From IMG/VR virus record IMGVR_UViG_3300008050_000022, positions 1 through 64,000 of that record: 64,000 bases of DNA; one strand, 5' to 3'. The position numbers and the translations under genes were made by a program. The stretch is from a virus. Of this stretch, positions 9,625-17,909 are shown piece by piece. Numbering within the stretch: position 1 is the stretch's first letter; every line of letters begins with the position of its first letter. The notes beneath the pieces were generated by a model, which was given only the letters and a program-made list of their open reading frames with translations, did no database searches and had not been told where the DNA came from.

Positions 9625-11364
9625 CGCCTGCGACCCGCGCTGTGGAGCGATGACATCGGGACGGGGGCGGTCGATCATCGAGGCGAGGAAGCAGTACAGG
9701 ATCGAGTGGAACGTGTCGTCCGTGGATCCTGGGGAGCGCTTGTACTCGTTGACCCGACGATGCTCGTTGTACTCGCTGAAGATGTTCAGCATGTCCCTGG
9801 CGTAGGGGTCCTCGAACTCCTCCCACTTGGGAAAGCGGAACACGTTGGCTCGCTTGATCGCGTTGAAAATGTCGGACATCACCTCAGATCTATGAACTAG
9901 CCATCGACGTAGCCTGTCGTCCCAGGCCACCTTCTTCCTCGGTGCCAAGTACTGGTACTTGTGCACTCGAACGGCTCCAAAGGCGCGGATCAGCTCGTCG
10001 TTCTGGTAGAACCCTCCGCCGTAGTCGACTCCGATCAGGCGAATACCCCAAGACCTAACCAAGCCCTTGATCAAGGCCAGCTGCTCCTGCGGCTCTGACT
10101 CCACCCCTGTGAAGCGGTGGACGTAGAAGATCGTGAAGAACTTCCCGATGTACGTCCCCAGCGAGATGACGGTATGACTCTGTTCTCCAGTGCCCCAGTC
10201 GATTCCAGCGTAAATCGGGTTCCTTCCGAGAAGGACCTTGAACTGCTTCATCCACTCGTTGTCGAACATGCGGATGGTCTCGTCGCAGTTCTGAATGATG
10301 TCTGCTCGCACCAGTGGCCGAGTGCCCGAGTCGTAGGAGAGTCCGAGGACCTCGTTGTAGAAGCGGGGTCTCGAGTAGTGCTCGTATTTGTCCAGGATCT
10401 CGTCCCACGGGATCCAGGGGACCATGAGCTGCGGGATTCGGTAGCCCTCGAAGGGCTCCTCGTGCGCCTTGGGCTTCCCCGTAGCCGCCCATTTCGCCTC
10501 AGGGTGCCTGGGGGAGATCTCCCCGCCACAACTCTCGCAGATGAGCCCCTTCTTCCCGAGGTTCTTCTCCCCGAGGATGTTCCAGTAAGCGGCTCGACTG
10601 CCTGCAGTGGGGGTGCCGTGCCTGTAGCAGGGGACCACCCACTCATTCTGCGTAGACCTCTCCGTCCAGTAGTACTCGATCGCGTTGTCGAGAGACTTGG
10701 GCGTGCCTGAGAAGCGGTAGATCTTGTACGGGGAGTGTGAAGCGCACTCGAGGATGACCGGGATGTGGTCGATGTAGATGTCCTGGATCTCGTCCAGCAT
10801 GATCATGTCAGCCGGGATACCTCGAGTACGGTCAGCGTTGTGGAACGCGTACCGCAGAGTGATCTGGCTGCGGTTCATGAACTTCTTGAGGGCCACCGAG
10901 TCTGCTAGACGCTGATCGAGCCAGGCTAGAAGCTCCGTGCTGGTCTCAGTGGGCTCCTTGAGCCTGTCTCTACTGAACGTGTACGTCTGATCCCGTGAGG
11001 GGGAGACGAACAGGGTCTGGAAGCCGGCCAGGATGCAGCAGTACGCCAGGATGATGTTGCCGAGCGACGTGCTCTTCTCGACCTGCCGGCCGCACTTCAG
11101 CAGAACTCGCTTGCTGGGAGTGTCGTAGATCCTTCTGAGGTACCCACGCTCCGCAAAAGAGAACTTCTCCATGCGGGGAGGCTGCCCCTCATCCACTACT
11201 CGCACGTAGATGCCGAACCTGACGAAGGTACTGGGCTTGACTTTCAGGAGAGCTCGACGATCTCCAGCCAAAGCGTCCCGAAAGTAGTCCCGTTGCGAGT
11301 CCTCAAAGTACTCATTCGGAGCCCTCAGCAGGTTGGGCATTCCGATGTTCTGGATCAATTCCAT
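9607..11364 (-). CDS. Terminase large subunit (GpA-like)
   Basis: Walker A KCGRQVEKST, Walker B IMLDEIQD, SGTP coupling motif, nuclease GIDWG and DDTFHS. Confidence 0.9.
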   Translation of the reverse strand: MELIQNIGMPNLLRAPNEYFEDSQRDYFRDALAGDRRALLKVKPSTFVRFGIYVRVVDEGQPPRMEKFSFAERGYLRRIYDTPSKRVLLKCGRQVEKSTSLGNIILAYCCILAGFQTLFVSPSRDQTYTFSRDRLKEPTETSTELLAWLDQRLADSVALKKFMNRSQITLRYAFHNADRTRGIPADMIMLDEIQDIYIDHIPVILECASHSPYKIYRFSGTPKSLDNAIEYYWTERSTQNEWVVPCYRHGTPTAGSRAAYWNILGEKNLGKKGLICESCGGEISPRHPEAKWAATGKPKAHEEPFEGYRIPQLMVPWIPWDEILDKYEHYSRPRFYNEVLGLSYDSGTRPLVRADIIQNCDETIRMFDNEWMKQFKVLLGRNPIYAGIDWGTGEQSHTVISLGTYIGKFFTIFYVHRFTGVESEPQEQLALIKGLVRSWGIRLIGVDYGGGFYQNDELIRAFGAVRVHKYQYLAPRKKVAWDDRLRRWLVHRSEVMSDIFNAIKRANVFRFPKWEEFEDPYARDMLNIFSEYNEHRRVNEYKRSPGSTDDTFHSILYCFLASMIDRPRPDVIAPQRGSQASARKN

Positions 11365-11370
11365 CTAACG

Positions 11371-11399
11371 ATCGTGCCCCCGGTTGTACTGACAGTCAA
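11371..11399 (-). promoter_or_regulatory. Sigma70-like promoter for terminase, near-leaderless
   Basis: Minus strand TTGACT-N17-CACGAT-N6-ATG. Confidence 0.5.
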
Positions 11400-11410
11400 G
11401 GCAAGTAAGG

Positions 11411-11419
11411 CGGTATAAG
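11411..11419 (+). promoter_or_regulatory. CGGTATAAG putative phage-RNAP promoter
   Basis: Same motif recurs at 34732 and 46387; 6 nt before GTG 11426. Confidence 0.5.
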
Positions 11420-11425
11420 GGCCAT

Positions 11426-11785
11426 GTGGCACAAGACATACCCTCACCCGAACCTCGTCTGAAGTGGTTGGCCAGCATGATCGGAGATCTGCTGGCGATC
11501 GATGATAGATGGTCCGGAGCGAAGCTGTTTGACGAGACCGACCCTCTCGCCAGGCTCTTCGTTCTTTACTGCAGACGTCCTGTTTCTGACCCTACCTGGC
11601 TGTTCCTGAAGAGGACCATCCGGGCTTGGGCGGAGCAGAACGACTGCGTGGCCAAGAAGATCAGGCGATACACAAACCGGGTGGAGGTGGACCTACTTGT
11701 GAAGTACCTAAACAGGGAGAGCGACTTCTCGCCATATGAAGCTCTTCCACCATGGGAGAAGAAATGGAGATCGCTGAACGGTTAA
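11426..11785 (+). CDS. Hypothetical protein
   Basis: 119 aa, first gene of a plus-strand island; TAATG coupling. Confidence 0.65.
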   Translation: MAQDIPSPEPRLKWLASMIGDLLAIDDRWSGAKLFDETDPLARLFVLYCRRPVSDPTWLFLKRTIRAWAEQNDCVAKKIRRYTNRVEVDLLVKYLNRESDFSPYEALPPWEKKWRSLNG

Positions 11786-12504
11786 TGTCCGTTCGGTCAC
11801 ATGCCCTAGATCGATATCGAGAACACTATCCAGGAGCTACGAAGAGGGACGTTCTGCAAGCAGCTACCTACGGAGTCGATGTAACGATTCCGATGGGAAG
11901 AACTTTGGCTGGGCGCCCGGTGGATTACCCCGGGTGCGACAACTTGGACTGGTACATCCTCGGCCCTTCCAGGCGAGGGATGTTCGTAGCGCGGAGAGAT
12001 ACCGGAGACATCCGTACCTACCTCCGCTTTGGAATCTCGCAGCAACAGTTCGTTCTAGAGCATTGGCCGACAGGGGAACCTCTAAAGGAGGACCTCGAAC
12101 CTCAACTTGTGCCCGTGCCGCAGCACACAGGCACCCGAGAATCTCTGGAGAAGCTGCATTATCCGGTACTGGGGGTGCCCCTACCGGAGCTGGCCATCTC
12201 CAGGGCGTTGCGCTTGAGTTTAGGCTTTGACAAAGCCTTCTATGTCCAAACTGCTTTTGCCAGGGCTCTTCTCGAGCACGAGCAGCTGTATGGACGCGGG
12301 CTTCTCCAGGCTGGAGAAGAGATCTGTCTGACGCTGGAAGAGCGACACGGATTGCGGCCAAAGACGCGAGCAGTGCCCGTCAGCTTGGCCATCCGTCACG
12401 GAGTCATGCACCTGCAGGCCGTCGAGCCTGGAGAGTCGCCTACCCTGCGAGGAGTAGAACTTCCCGTGTGCGGGCACGAACTACGAAAGTTGATCGGAGA
12501 GTGA
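11785..12504 (+). CDS. Hypothetical protein (N-terminal HALDRYRE motif)
   Basis: ATG 11785 overlaps the previous stop; GTGA overlap with the next gene. Confidence 0.6.
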   Translation: MSVRSHALDRYREHYPGATKRDVLQAATYGVDVTIPMGRTLAGRPVDYPGCDNLDWYILGPSRRGMFVARRDTGDIRTYLRFGISQQQFVLEHWPTGEPLKEDLEPQLVPVPQHTGTRESLEKLHYPVLGVPLPELAISRALRLSLGFDKAFYVQTAFARALLEHEQLYGRGLLQAGEEICLTLEERHGLRPKTRAVPVSLAIRHGVMHLQAVEPGESPTLRGVELPVCGHELRKLIGE

Positions 12505-13130
12505 AGAAGTACACGAAGCTGAGTGATCTGGATCCGCTGATGCAGGTGGCCGGGATCGACGAGGTGGGGGTCGGCCCCCTCGCCGGTCCCATGGTCGGCT
12601 GTGCAGCGGTGTTCAGAGCAGGACATGCTCCTATCCCGGGGGTCACGGACAGCAAGACGTTGTCCCACGCGAAGATCCTACAACTACGAGAGACAATTCT
12701 GGATGAGTGCGAGGACTTCGGCTTCGGCTGGGTCAGCGCTAAGGAGATCGACAAGATCGGACACGGCGAAGCTCGACGACAAGTGCTGTTACGGGCTTAC
12801 GAGGATCTGAGTGTACGTCCTGGGTTCATCTACCTGGACGGCAACATGCATGTACCCGGCATCCCCAGGGCCGAGAAGTTGGCTAAAGCCGACTCCCTGA
12901 TCTGGATCGTAGGAGCTGCGTCGATCCTGGCGAAGTTCGAACAGATCGAGTTCATGGAGAACGCTCACACGTCTTGGCCTAAGTACGGCTTCGATCAGCA
13001 CCGTGGATACGGAACTGCCTACCACCATGCGGCGCTCGAGAAGTACGGGTCCTGCCCGATTCATCGAAGGAGCGTCAAGACGATCAGGAACTTGAAGCCG
13101 AAGAGAAGGCGCTCTAGGTGGGCGCCGTGA
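12501..13130 (+). CDS. rnhB: Ribonuclease HII
   Basis: GIDEVGVGPLAGP, DSK, LDGN, AASILAK, HRGYGT, PIHRRS motifs; GTG start at 12501. Confidence 0.93.
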   Translation: MKKYTKLSDLDPLMQVAGIDEVGVGPLAGPMVGCAAVFRAGHAPIPGVTDSKTLSHAKILQLRETILDECEDFGFGWVSAKEIDKIGHGEARRQVLLRAYEDLSVRPGFIYLDGNMHVPGIPRAEKLAKADSLIWIVGAASILAKFEQIEFMENAHTSWPKYGFDQHRGYGTAYHHAALEKYGSCPIHRRSVKTIRNLKPKRRRSRWAP

Positions 13131-13164
13131 GAATGAGGGGAGAGGTCACCTCTCCCCTCATTCT
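13130..13164. terminator. Perfect inverted repeat between convergent genes
   Basis: AGAATGAGGGGAGAGGT-C-ACCTCTCCCCTCATTCT fills the whole intergenic gap. Confidence 0.75.
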
Positions 13165-13601
13165 TAGCCATCTATGAAGATGTTCTCGATCGCAGCAAGC
13201 AGCTCATCCGTCAGACGAGAGTGAGCTTCTCGAACAGGAGCGAATCCCGTGGCCCGGACAGCCCAACTAGTCAACTGTCTTGCAGGAGCCGTGATAGCGA
13301 TTCTTCGGATTCTGTCCGCATCTCCAGGATGCAGCTCGCCTGAGCGAGGATCCCAGATCGCCATGATCTCCGGTGTGTACGCTGCCTGAAACCGTTCCGG
13401 GCACCCCATCACCTGCTCCACCGCGTCATACAGACGATCCGCAAACGTGTCGGGGAACTTGTCGTGCCAGAGGTGGTAGAGGACATCATCGCCCTGCCGT
13501 CCGACTTCCACCACTAGGCCAAACCTCTGCCCCACTGGAGGGGACCAGGCTGCAGGGGCACGCACTGTTTCGGCGTACGCGATGTCCATGGCTTCGTTCA
13601 C
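13164..13601 (-). CDS. Hypothetical protein
   Basis: 145 aa; GTGA coupling, SD GGAGG. Confidence 0.65.
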   Translation of the reverse strand: MNEAMDIAYAETVRAPAAWSPPVGQRFGLVVEVGRQGDDVLYHLWHDKFPDTFADRLYDAVEQVMGCPERFQAAYTPEIMAIWDPRSGELHPGDADRIRRIAITAPARQLTSWAVRATGFAPVREAHSRLTDELLAAIENIFIDG

Positions 13602-14476
13602 GCTCCCTCCGCCTTCCCGGAGCCGCTGTAGTTGCCTTCACCGGCCAGCTGCCTGAGCTCGGGCATGCCGTCCTCCTCATCGACCTCCATGATGAACCGC
13701 TCGAACTGCTCTGCGGCTCCCGCAGTCACAGCACCGTGGTCCTTGAGGGAGTCGGATACTCCTCGGATCTCCCGAGAAAGCTCGGCCAGCATACGTACAG
13801 ACGAGCCATCCGTCGGCTGCGTCTCCGCCTCAATGTAGCGGAAGAAGAGGGACTGCTGGATGTGCTGAAGCATCCGTGCGGTGGAGATGGTCGTTCTCAG
13901 ACCTAGACGATGGAGAGCGAGATTAGATCCGCCCTGAACAACGAGAGCTCTCTGATCTCGGTTCCCCAACCACTCGACCCACTCCTGCACCGGCATGCGA
14001 TCAGGGTTGAAGAAGTAGTGTCTGAATGCCTGGATCGTAGCGATGTCCACTACACCGGAGCCATGCTTGGACTCCAGGACGGTGGCCAACCTCCCTGCTG
14101 TGACGAATCCGAGAATGCCTATCTCGAGGTCATGACGGATTCGAGGAGCTGCCAGCCACCCTAGGGCTCGAGAAGCTGCCTCCTCAGAGACGTGTAGCTC
14201 CGAGATCTGCAGGCCCTTCCAGTACAGCCGGTTCTTGGGGTCGCTCTTGTTGGAAGGGAGGTAGACCTTGGGGCGGTTGCGGGCTGACCTGACCAGGTCC
14301 ATCTCCCCAGCCAGACTGTCGGTGTCTACCGGCAGCAGAGAGAACCCGTTCAGGTGCTTGTGAACCAGGTCAGGGCCGTAGCCCTCCCCCTCCCCAAGGC
14401 TAAGCAGGTACCGAATGAAGAACCTGGACGGGTGCTTCTCTACGATGATCCCGTCTTGCGCTCCCAAGTCCCTCAT
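13598..14476 (-). CDS. Hypothetical helical protein
   Basis: About 292 aa; TGATG coupling to the upstream gene. Confidence 0.65.
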   Translation of the reverse strand: MRDLGAQDGIIVEKHPSRFFIRYLLSLGEGEGYGPDLVHKHLNGFSLLPVDTDSLAGEMDLVRSARNRPKVYLPSNKSDPKNRLYWKGLQISELHVSEEAASRALGWLAAPRIRHDLEIGILGFVTAGRLATVLESKHGSGVVDIATIQAFRHYFFNPDRMPVQEWVEWLGNRDQRALVVQGGSNLALHRLGLRTTISTARMLQHIQQSLFFRYIEAETQPTDGSSVRMLAELSREIRGVSDSLKDHGAVTAGAAEQFERFIMEVDEEDGMPELRQLAGEGNYSGSGKAEGA

Positions 14477-16755
14477 CAAGCCACCTGAGGCGCCTCGGCG
14501 TTCAAGCCTGTCTGCGCCAGAATCTTGAGCTGCTGGACCGTCTCTTCCAGAGCGAAGAGCGATCTCCGAACCGCGCCCTCCGAGACGGGGCTGAGCCCCA
14601 CCCTAGCAGCGAAGAGGATGTCACCGAGCTTGGTGACCGCTTCCTCGAGCTCCGGCAAGTAGCCGATGTACATCTGCACGTTCTCAGGACGCAGGAAGTT
14701 CAGGCCGAGGATCTTGTCCACGGTGTCCGGATCGTCAATCTCCAGAGCTTCCTTCACCAGGCAGACTCGGGTAGCGAATAGGTCCGGGAACATCGTACCG
14801 ACCTGAGCCAGCGCCTCCTTGATCCTGCCTCCTACCTCGCCTGCCATGGTGATGGGGCGGATGGGGCGGAAGGTAACGGGGCCGTGTCGCTGACACCACG
14901 CCAGCTTCTTGAGTGCGTAGCCTGGCTCGACGCCCATCGCTCCCAGCAGGAACAGGGCATCTGCCTCCTTGACCTGCTTGTGCGACATCGGGCCGAAGTC
15001 CAGGAGCTGAGGCCCTCGGAGCGTGTACTGCCCAGAGCTGTCCCCGACCACCTCGACGTAGTTCCTGGCGAGGTTGGCCCTCTTCTCGATGGTGCGGGGA
15101 TTGTCCCCCACCTTCGCCATCTTCTCTCCGACGGGGCAGAAGCGGAAGTGCGAGGGGACCGCGAACCGGTCCTCGGCGAGCTTTGTGGGGGAGTGAATCC
15201 CCTTCACGATCTCGAGAGAGGCGGTCTTGCCCAGGTCAGACCGAACGTAGACTTCAGTACGGCCTTCGATGTCTCCCATACCCGTCACCGTGAAGGGGAT
15301 GGTGGCCGAAGCCGTCTTGGGATCCACCAGGAACCCTCGACCACGCATCTGGGCCGAGTGGGCGTAGGTGTCTTCGATGTTGGCACTGATCTGAGCAGCA
15401 CCTGCGATCTTCTGCTGCAGGCAGTACCCGCCAGCGATCACATGGGCCATCTTGGTGCCTAGGACAGTGCCGTCCAGGTCCATCACACGGGTGAACACCC
15501 CTGCGAGCTTGGTCCTCTGGCCGCTGGGATCCCACACCGACCACATGCCGGGCTCGTTCACGATAGTGGCGGTCTTCTCGAAGGGGTCGTCCGTCACCAG
15601 AGGGTCGCGGACGACAGTGATGGCCTTGCCAGAGGCCATCTTCATGACGTCTTCTCCTGCCACATTCCGAGCTCTCTCGCTAGAGACGTGCTCGATGATG
15701 GGCCGGAAGGCGTGGGCCGAGGCAGCCTTCATCACGAAGCCGCCGTCAGCCTTGCGAGCGATCTGAACCACCGTCGGCTCGATCTCCCCTAGAGGGTCCG
15801 CCGAAGCCAGCTTCTCTTGGGCCTCGGGGTTCGACAGAGCGCCGAGCAGGTACCTGACCGGAGCATGGCGATCTACGTGCCACGCCACAGCCTCATCATC
15901 TAGTGCATTGGCCAGCTTGGTCTTGTCGGCCGGGTTGACGAACGCGTTGGCGAGGGACTCGCACAGGAACGCCTTCTTCTGCGTCAGACCGGGCCTCCAT
16001 CCTGGGATAGGAGTGCGCTGCTTCAGTGGGGCCTTGCCTTTCTGGCGGGCCTTTACCCTCTTTGCAGCAGCTGCAGTCTCGGGAGTCATCCGAAGACCTG
16101 CGGCCTTCTTCCGCAGCTCCCTCTCCAGCTTCTTCTCTACTGCCTCTCGAACGTCCTTGTTGGCGGCTACCCCACCACCGCCAGCAGTGCCCAGAACCCA
16201 CGGGTTCTTGATCGCGTCCTTCGCAGCCAGGAACCCCGCCCTCCGGAAAGCAGCCTGCTTCAGCGCACCGGGTCCGCCCCCTGTACCCATGCCCGCAGTA
16301 CCGTGGGACGGCGGGTACATGTCCTTGGCGATGGAAGCGTCCGGTGGGGCCTTGGCGGCGATGTCGAACATCTCGGTCGAGTGCAGAGCCTCTTCCACCC
16401 GCTTCTGAGTCAGTGGGTAGACGGTGTTCTCCCTCATGAAGAGATCGAACGGCAGCAGCTGCCAGTCCTTGATGATCACCGGCACACGCAAGTAGGGAAC
16501 CGGACGAGGGCCTGCCTGCTCCTGCAGACTTCTCTCCGTCGGCACCTTCGCTGCTATGAAGCCGAAGCCGTAACCCTGCGATGCATCCACCTTCGTGACG
16601 TGCACAGAGAGCTCGTAGTTGGCGATGTACGGAACCTGCTGCACGAGGGCCTGGAGGATCACCTCCGGCCAACGGTCTACTGCTCCCGTCATCTTGGTGA
16701 GAGGAACAGCGACCTTCTCGAATCGCAAGATCTTCGGCTGTTCGAAGAGGTCCAT
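14476..16755 (-). CDS. Large virion head protein with KxA-delimited basic inserts
   Basis: 759 aa; EKVA leader, KQAA/KKAA/KKAF inserts, KLAS, KMAS, KTAT, KEAL; SD AGGAG. Confidence 0.65.
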   Translation of the reverse strand: MDLFEQPKILRFEKVAVPLTKMTGAVDRWPEVILQALVQQVPYIANYELSVHVTKVDASQGYGFGFIAAKVPTERSLQEQAGPRPVPYLRVPVIIKDWQLLPFDLFMRENTVYPLTQKRVEEALHSTEMFDIAAKAPPDASIAKDMYPPSHGTAGMGTGGGPGALKQAAFRRAGFLAAKDAIKNPWVLGTAGGGGVAANKDVREAVEKKLERELRKKAAGLRMTPETAAAAKRVKARQKGKAPLKQRTPIPGWRPGLTQKKAFLCESLANAFVNPADKTKLANALDDEAVAWHVDRHAPVRYLLGALSNPEAQEKLASADPLGEIEPTVVQIARKADGGFVMKAASAHAFRPIIEHVSSERARNVAGEDVMKMASGKAITVVRDPLVTDDPFEKTATIVNEPGMWSVWDPSGQRTKLAGVFTRVMDLDGTVLGTKMAHVIAGGYCLQQKIAGAAQISANIEDTYAHSAQMRGRGFLVDPKTASATIPFTVTGMGDIEGRTEVYVRSDLGKTASLEIVKGIHSPTKLAEDRFAVPSHFRFCPVGEKMAKVGDNPRTIEKRANLARNYVEVVGDSSGQYTLRGPQLLDFGPMSHKQVKEADALFLLGAMGVEPGYALKKLAWCQRHGPVTFRPIRPITMAGEVGGRIKEALAQVGTMFPDLFATRVCLVKEALEIDDPDTVDKILGLNFLRPENVQMYIGYLPELEEAVTKLGDILFAARVGLSPVSEGAVRRSLFALEETVQQLKILAQTGLNAEAPQVA

Positions 16756-16763
16756 CTGGTCTC

Positions 16764-17909
16764 CTACCCCACCGATACCTTGGTGGACAAGGGTGAGTTT
16801 GCCTCAACTACTTGCTCTAGGGCTATAACTCCCGCCTTCAGCGCTGCCGCGCCTGCAGGGGAACCGTCTACGAGCTTCAGTAGCTGCATGAGAGCGGTGA
16901 AGTACCCCATGAAGGTATCACCTTTGACGACCTTCTCTCCGCCACCGCCCAGCTTGAGCTCTCCTAGGATGCCCGTCGAAGTTTCGATTAGCGCGGCTAG
17001 TGCGACTCCGCCACCGCCTAGATGAATGATCGGAGCCTTCACTACTACAGACTTCTTGGAAGTAAGGGTGAGGGTGTCTAGAGACTTGACGTCCGCCGTA
17101 CCCATCCGGGCCTCGATCGCCACATTCCCCTCCTCCGAAAGCACGGAGTAGTCCCCCTTCACCTCGGCGGACCACTTCCCTTCCACGTCCCAGAGCACGT
17201 CGCCATTCTTCTTGATCTGCAAGGAGACCTGCACAGATCTACCATCATCACCCTTGTCGAAGACCTCGAGTGACAGCGCCTTCTCTGTTTGGGCATGATC
17301 CCCCAGAGTCATCTCGGCGACCGGGTAAGGATCGTCAGCAAGCTCCTTAGCCAGCACCTTGTATCTCGTAGGTCGATCCCCTGTAGTGGTGCTAGCGGTT
17401 CTATCCACTTCCCAGGAGAGAGATCCTGCAAAGGTCTCCATCCCGTACGCCTCGCAAATGTCTCGAATCATGTTCCCTAGGGGGATGTAGATTCTCTGAG
17501 AGAGCGGAGTGGCCTGCACCTGCACGATGCCGCCTCTACGAATAGAGACAGAGTTCCTATCTCGCGTCCCCAGGTAGATGTCTCCAGGGTTCATAGTCCT
17601 GCGAGACGATCGGTACGTAGCTTCTGTGTCCGGAACGCCTCCGAAGCCTAGAATGAACGCCCTCGAGTCGATCTCATTCCCGTGACAGATCCAGACAGAT
17701 GCCCCGACCTCCGGCATCACGTAGACCCCCTCCCCCTCGGCGTGATGGAGGTAGCCTGCCATCACCGGGACATCCAACCACTTGCGGCGGGAGTGAGGAG
17801 TGCGGACATCGGCGGTGAAGTTGACCACATGGACGTCTGAGATAATCCCGCTCTCAACTTGGACAGGGCCGAACTTGCTCCTGGCCGCTCCTGGGACCGA
17901 CGAAATCAA
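16764..17909 (-). CDS. Baseplate spike / gp5-VgrG-like protein
   Basis: N-terminal OB-like MPEVGASVWI...AFILGF; beta-repeat middle; LSTKV end. Confidence 0.6.
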   Translation of the reverse strand: MISSVPGAARSKFGPVQVESGIISDVHVVNFTADVRTPHSRRKWLDVPVMAGYLHHAEGEGVYVMPEVGASVWICHGNEIDSRAFILGFGGVPDTEATYRSSRRTMNPGDIYLGTRDRNSVSIRRGGIVQVQATPLSQRIYIPLGNMIRDICEAYGMETFAGSLSWEVDRTASTTTGDRPTRYKVLAKELADDPYPVAEMTLGDHAQTEKALSLEVFDKGDDGRSVQVSLQIKKNGDVLWDVEGKWSAEVKGDYSVLSEEGNVAIEARMGTADVKSLDTLTLTSKKSVVVKAPIIHLGGGGVALAALIETSTGILGELKLGGGGEKVVKGDTFMGYFTALMQLLKLVDGSPAGAAALKAGVIALEQVVEANSPLSTKVSVG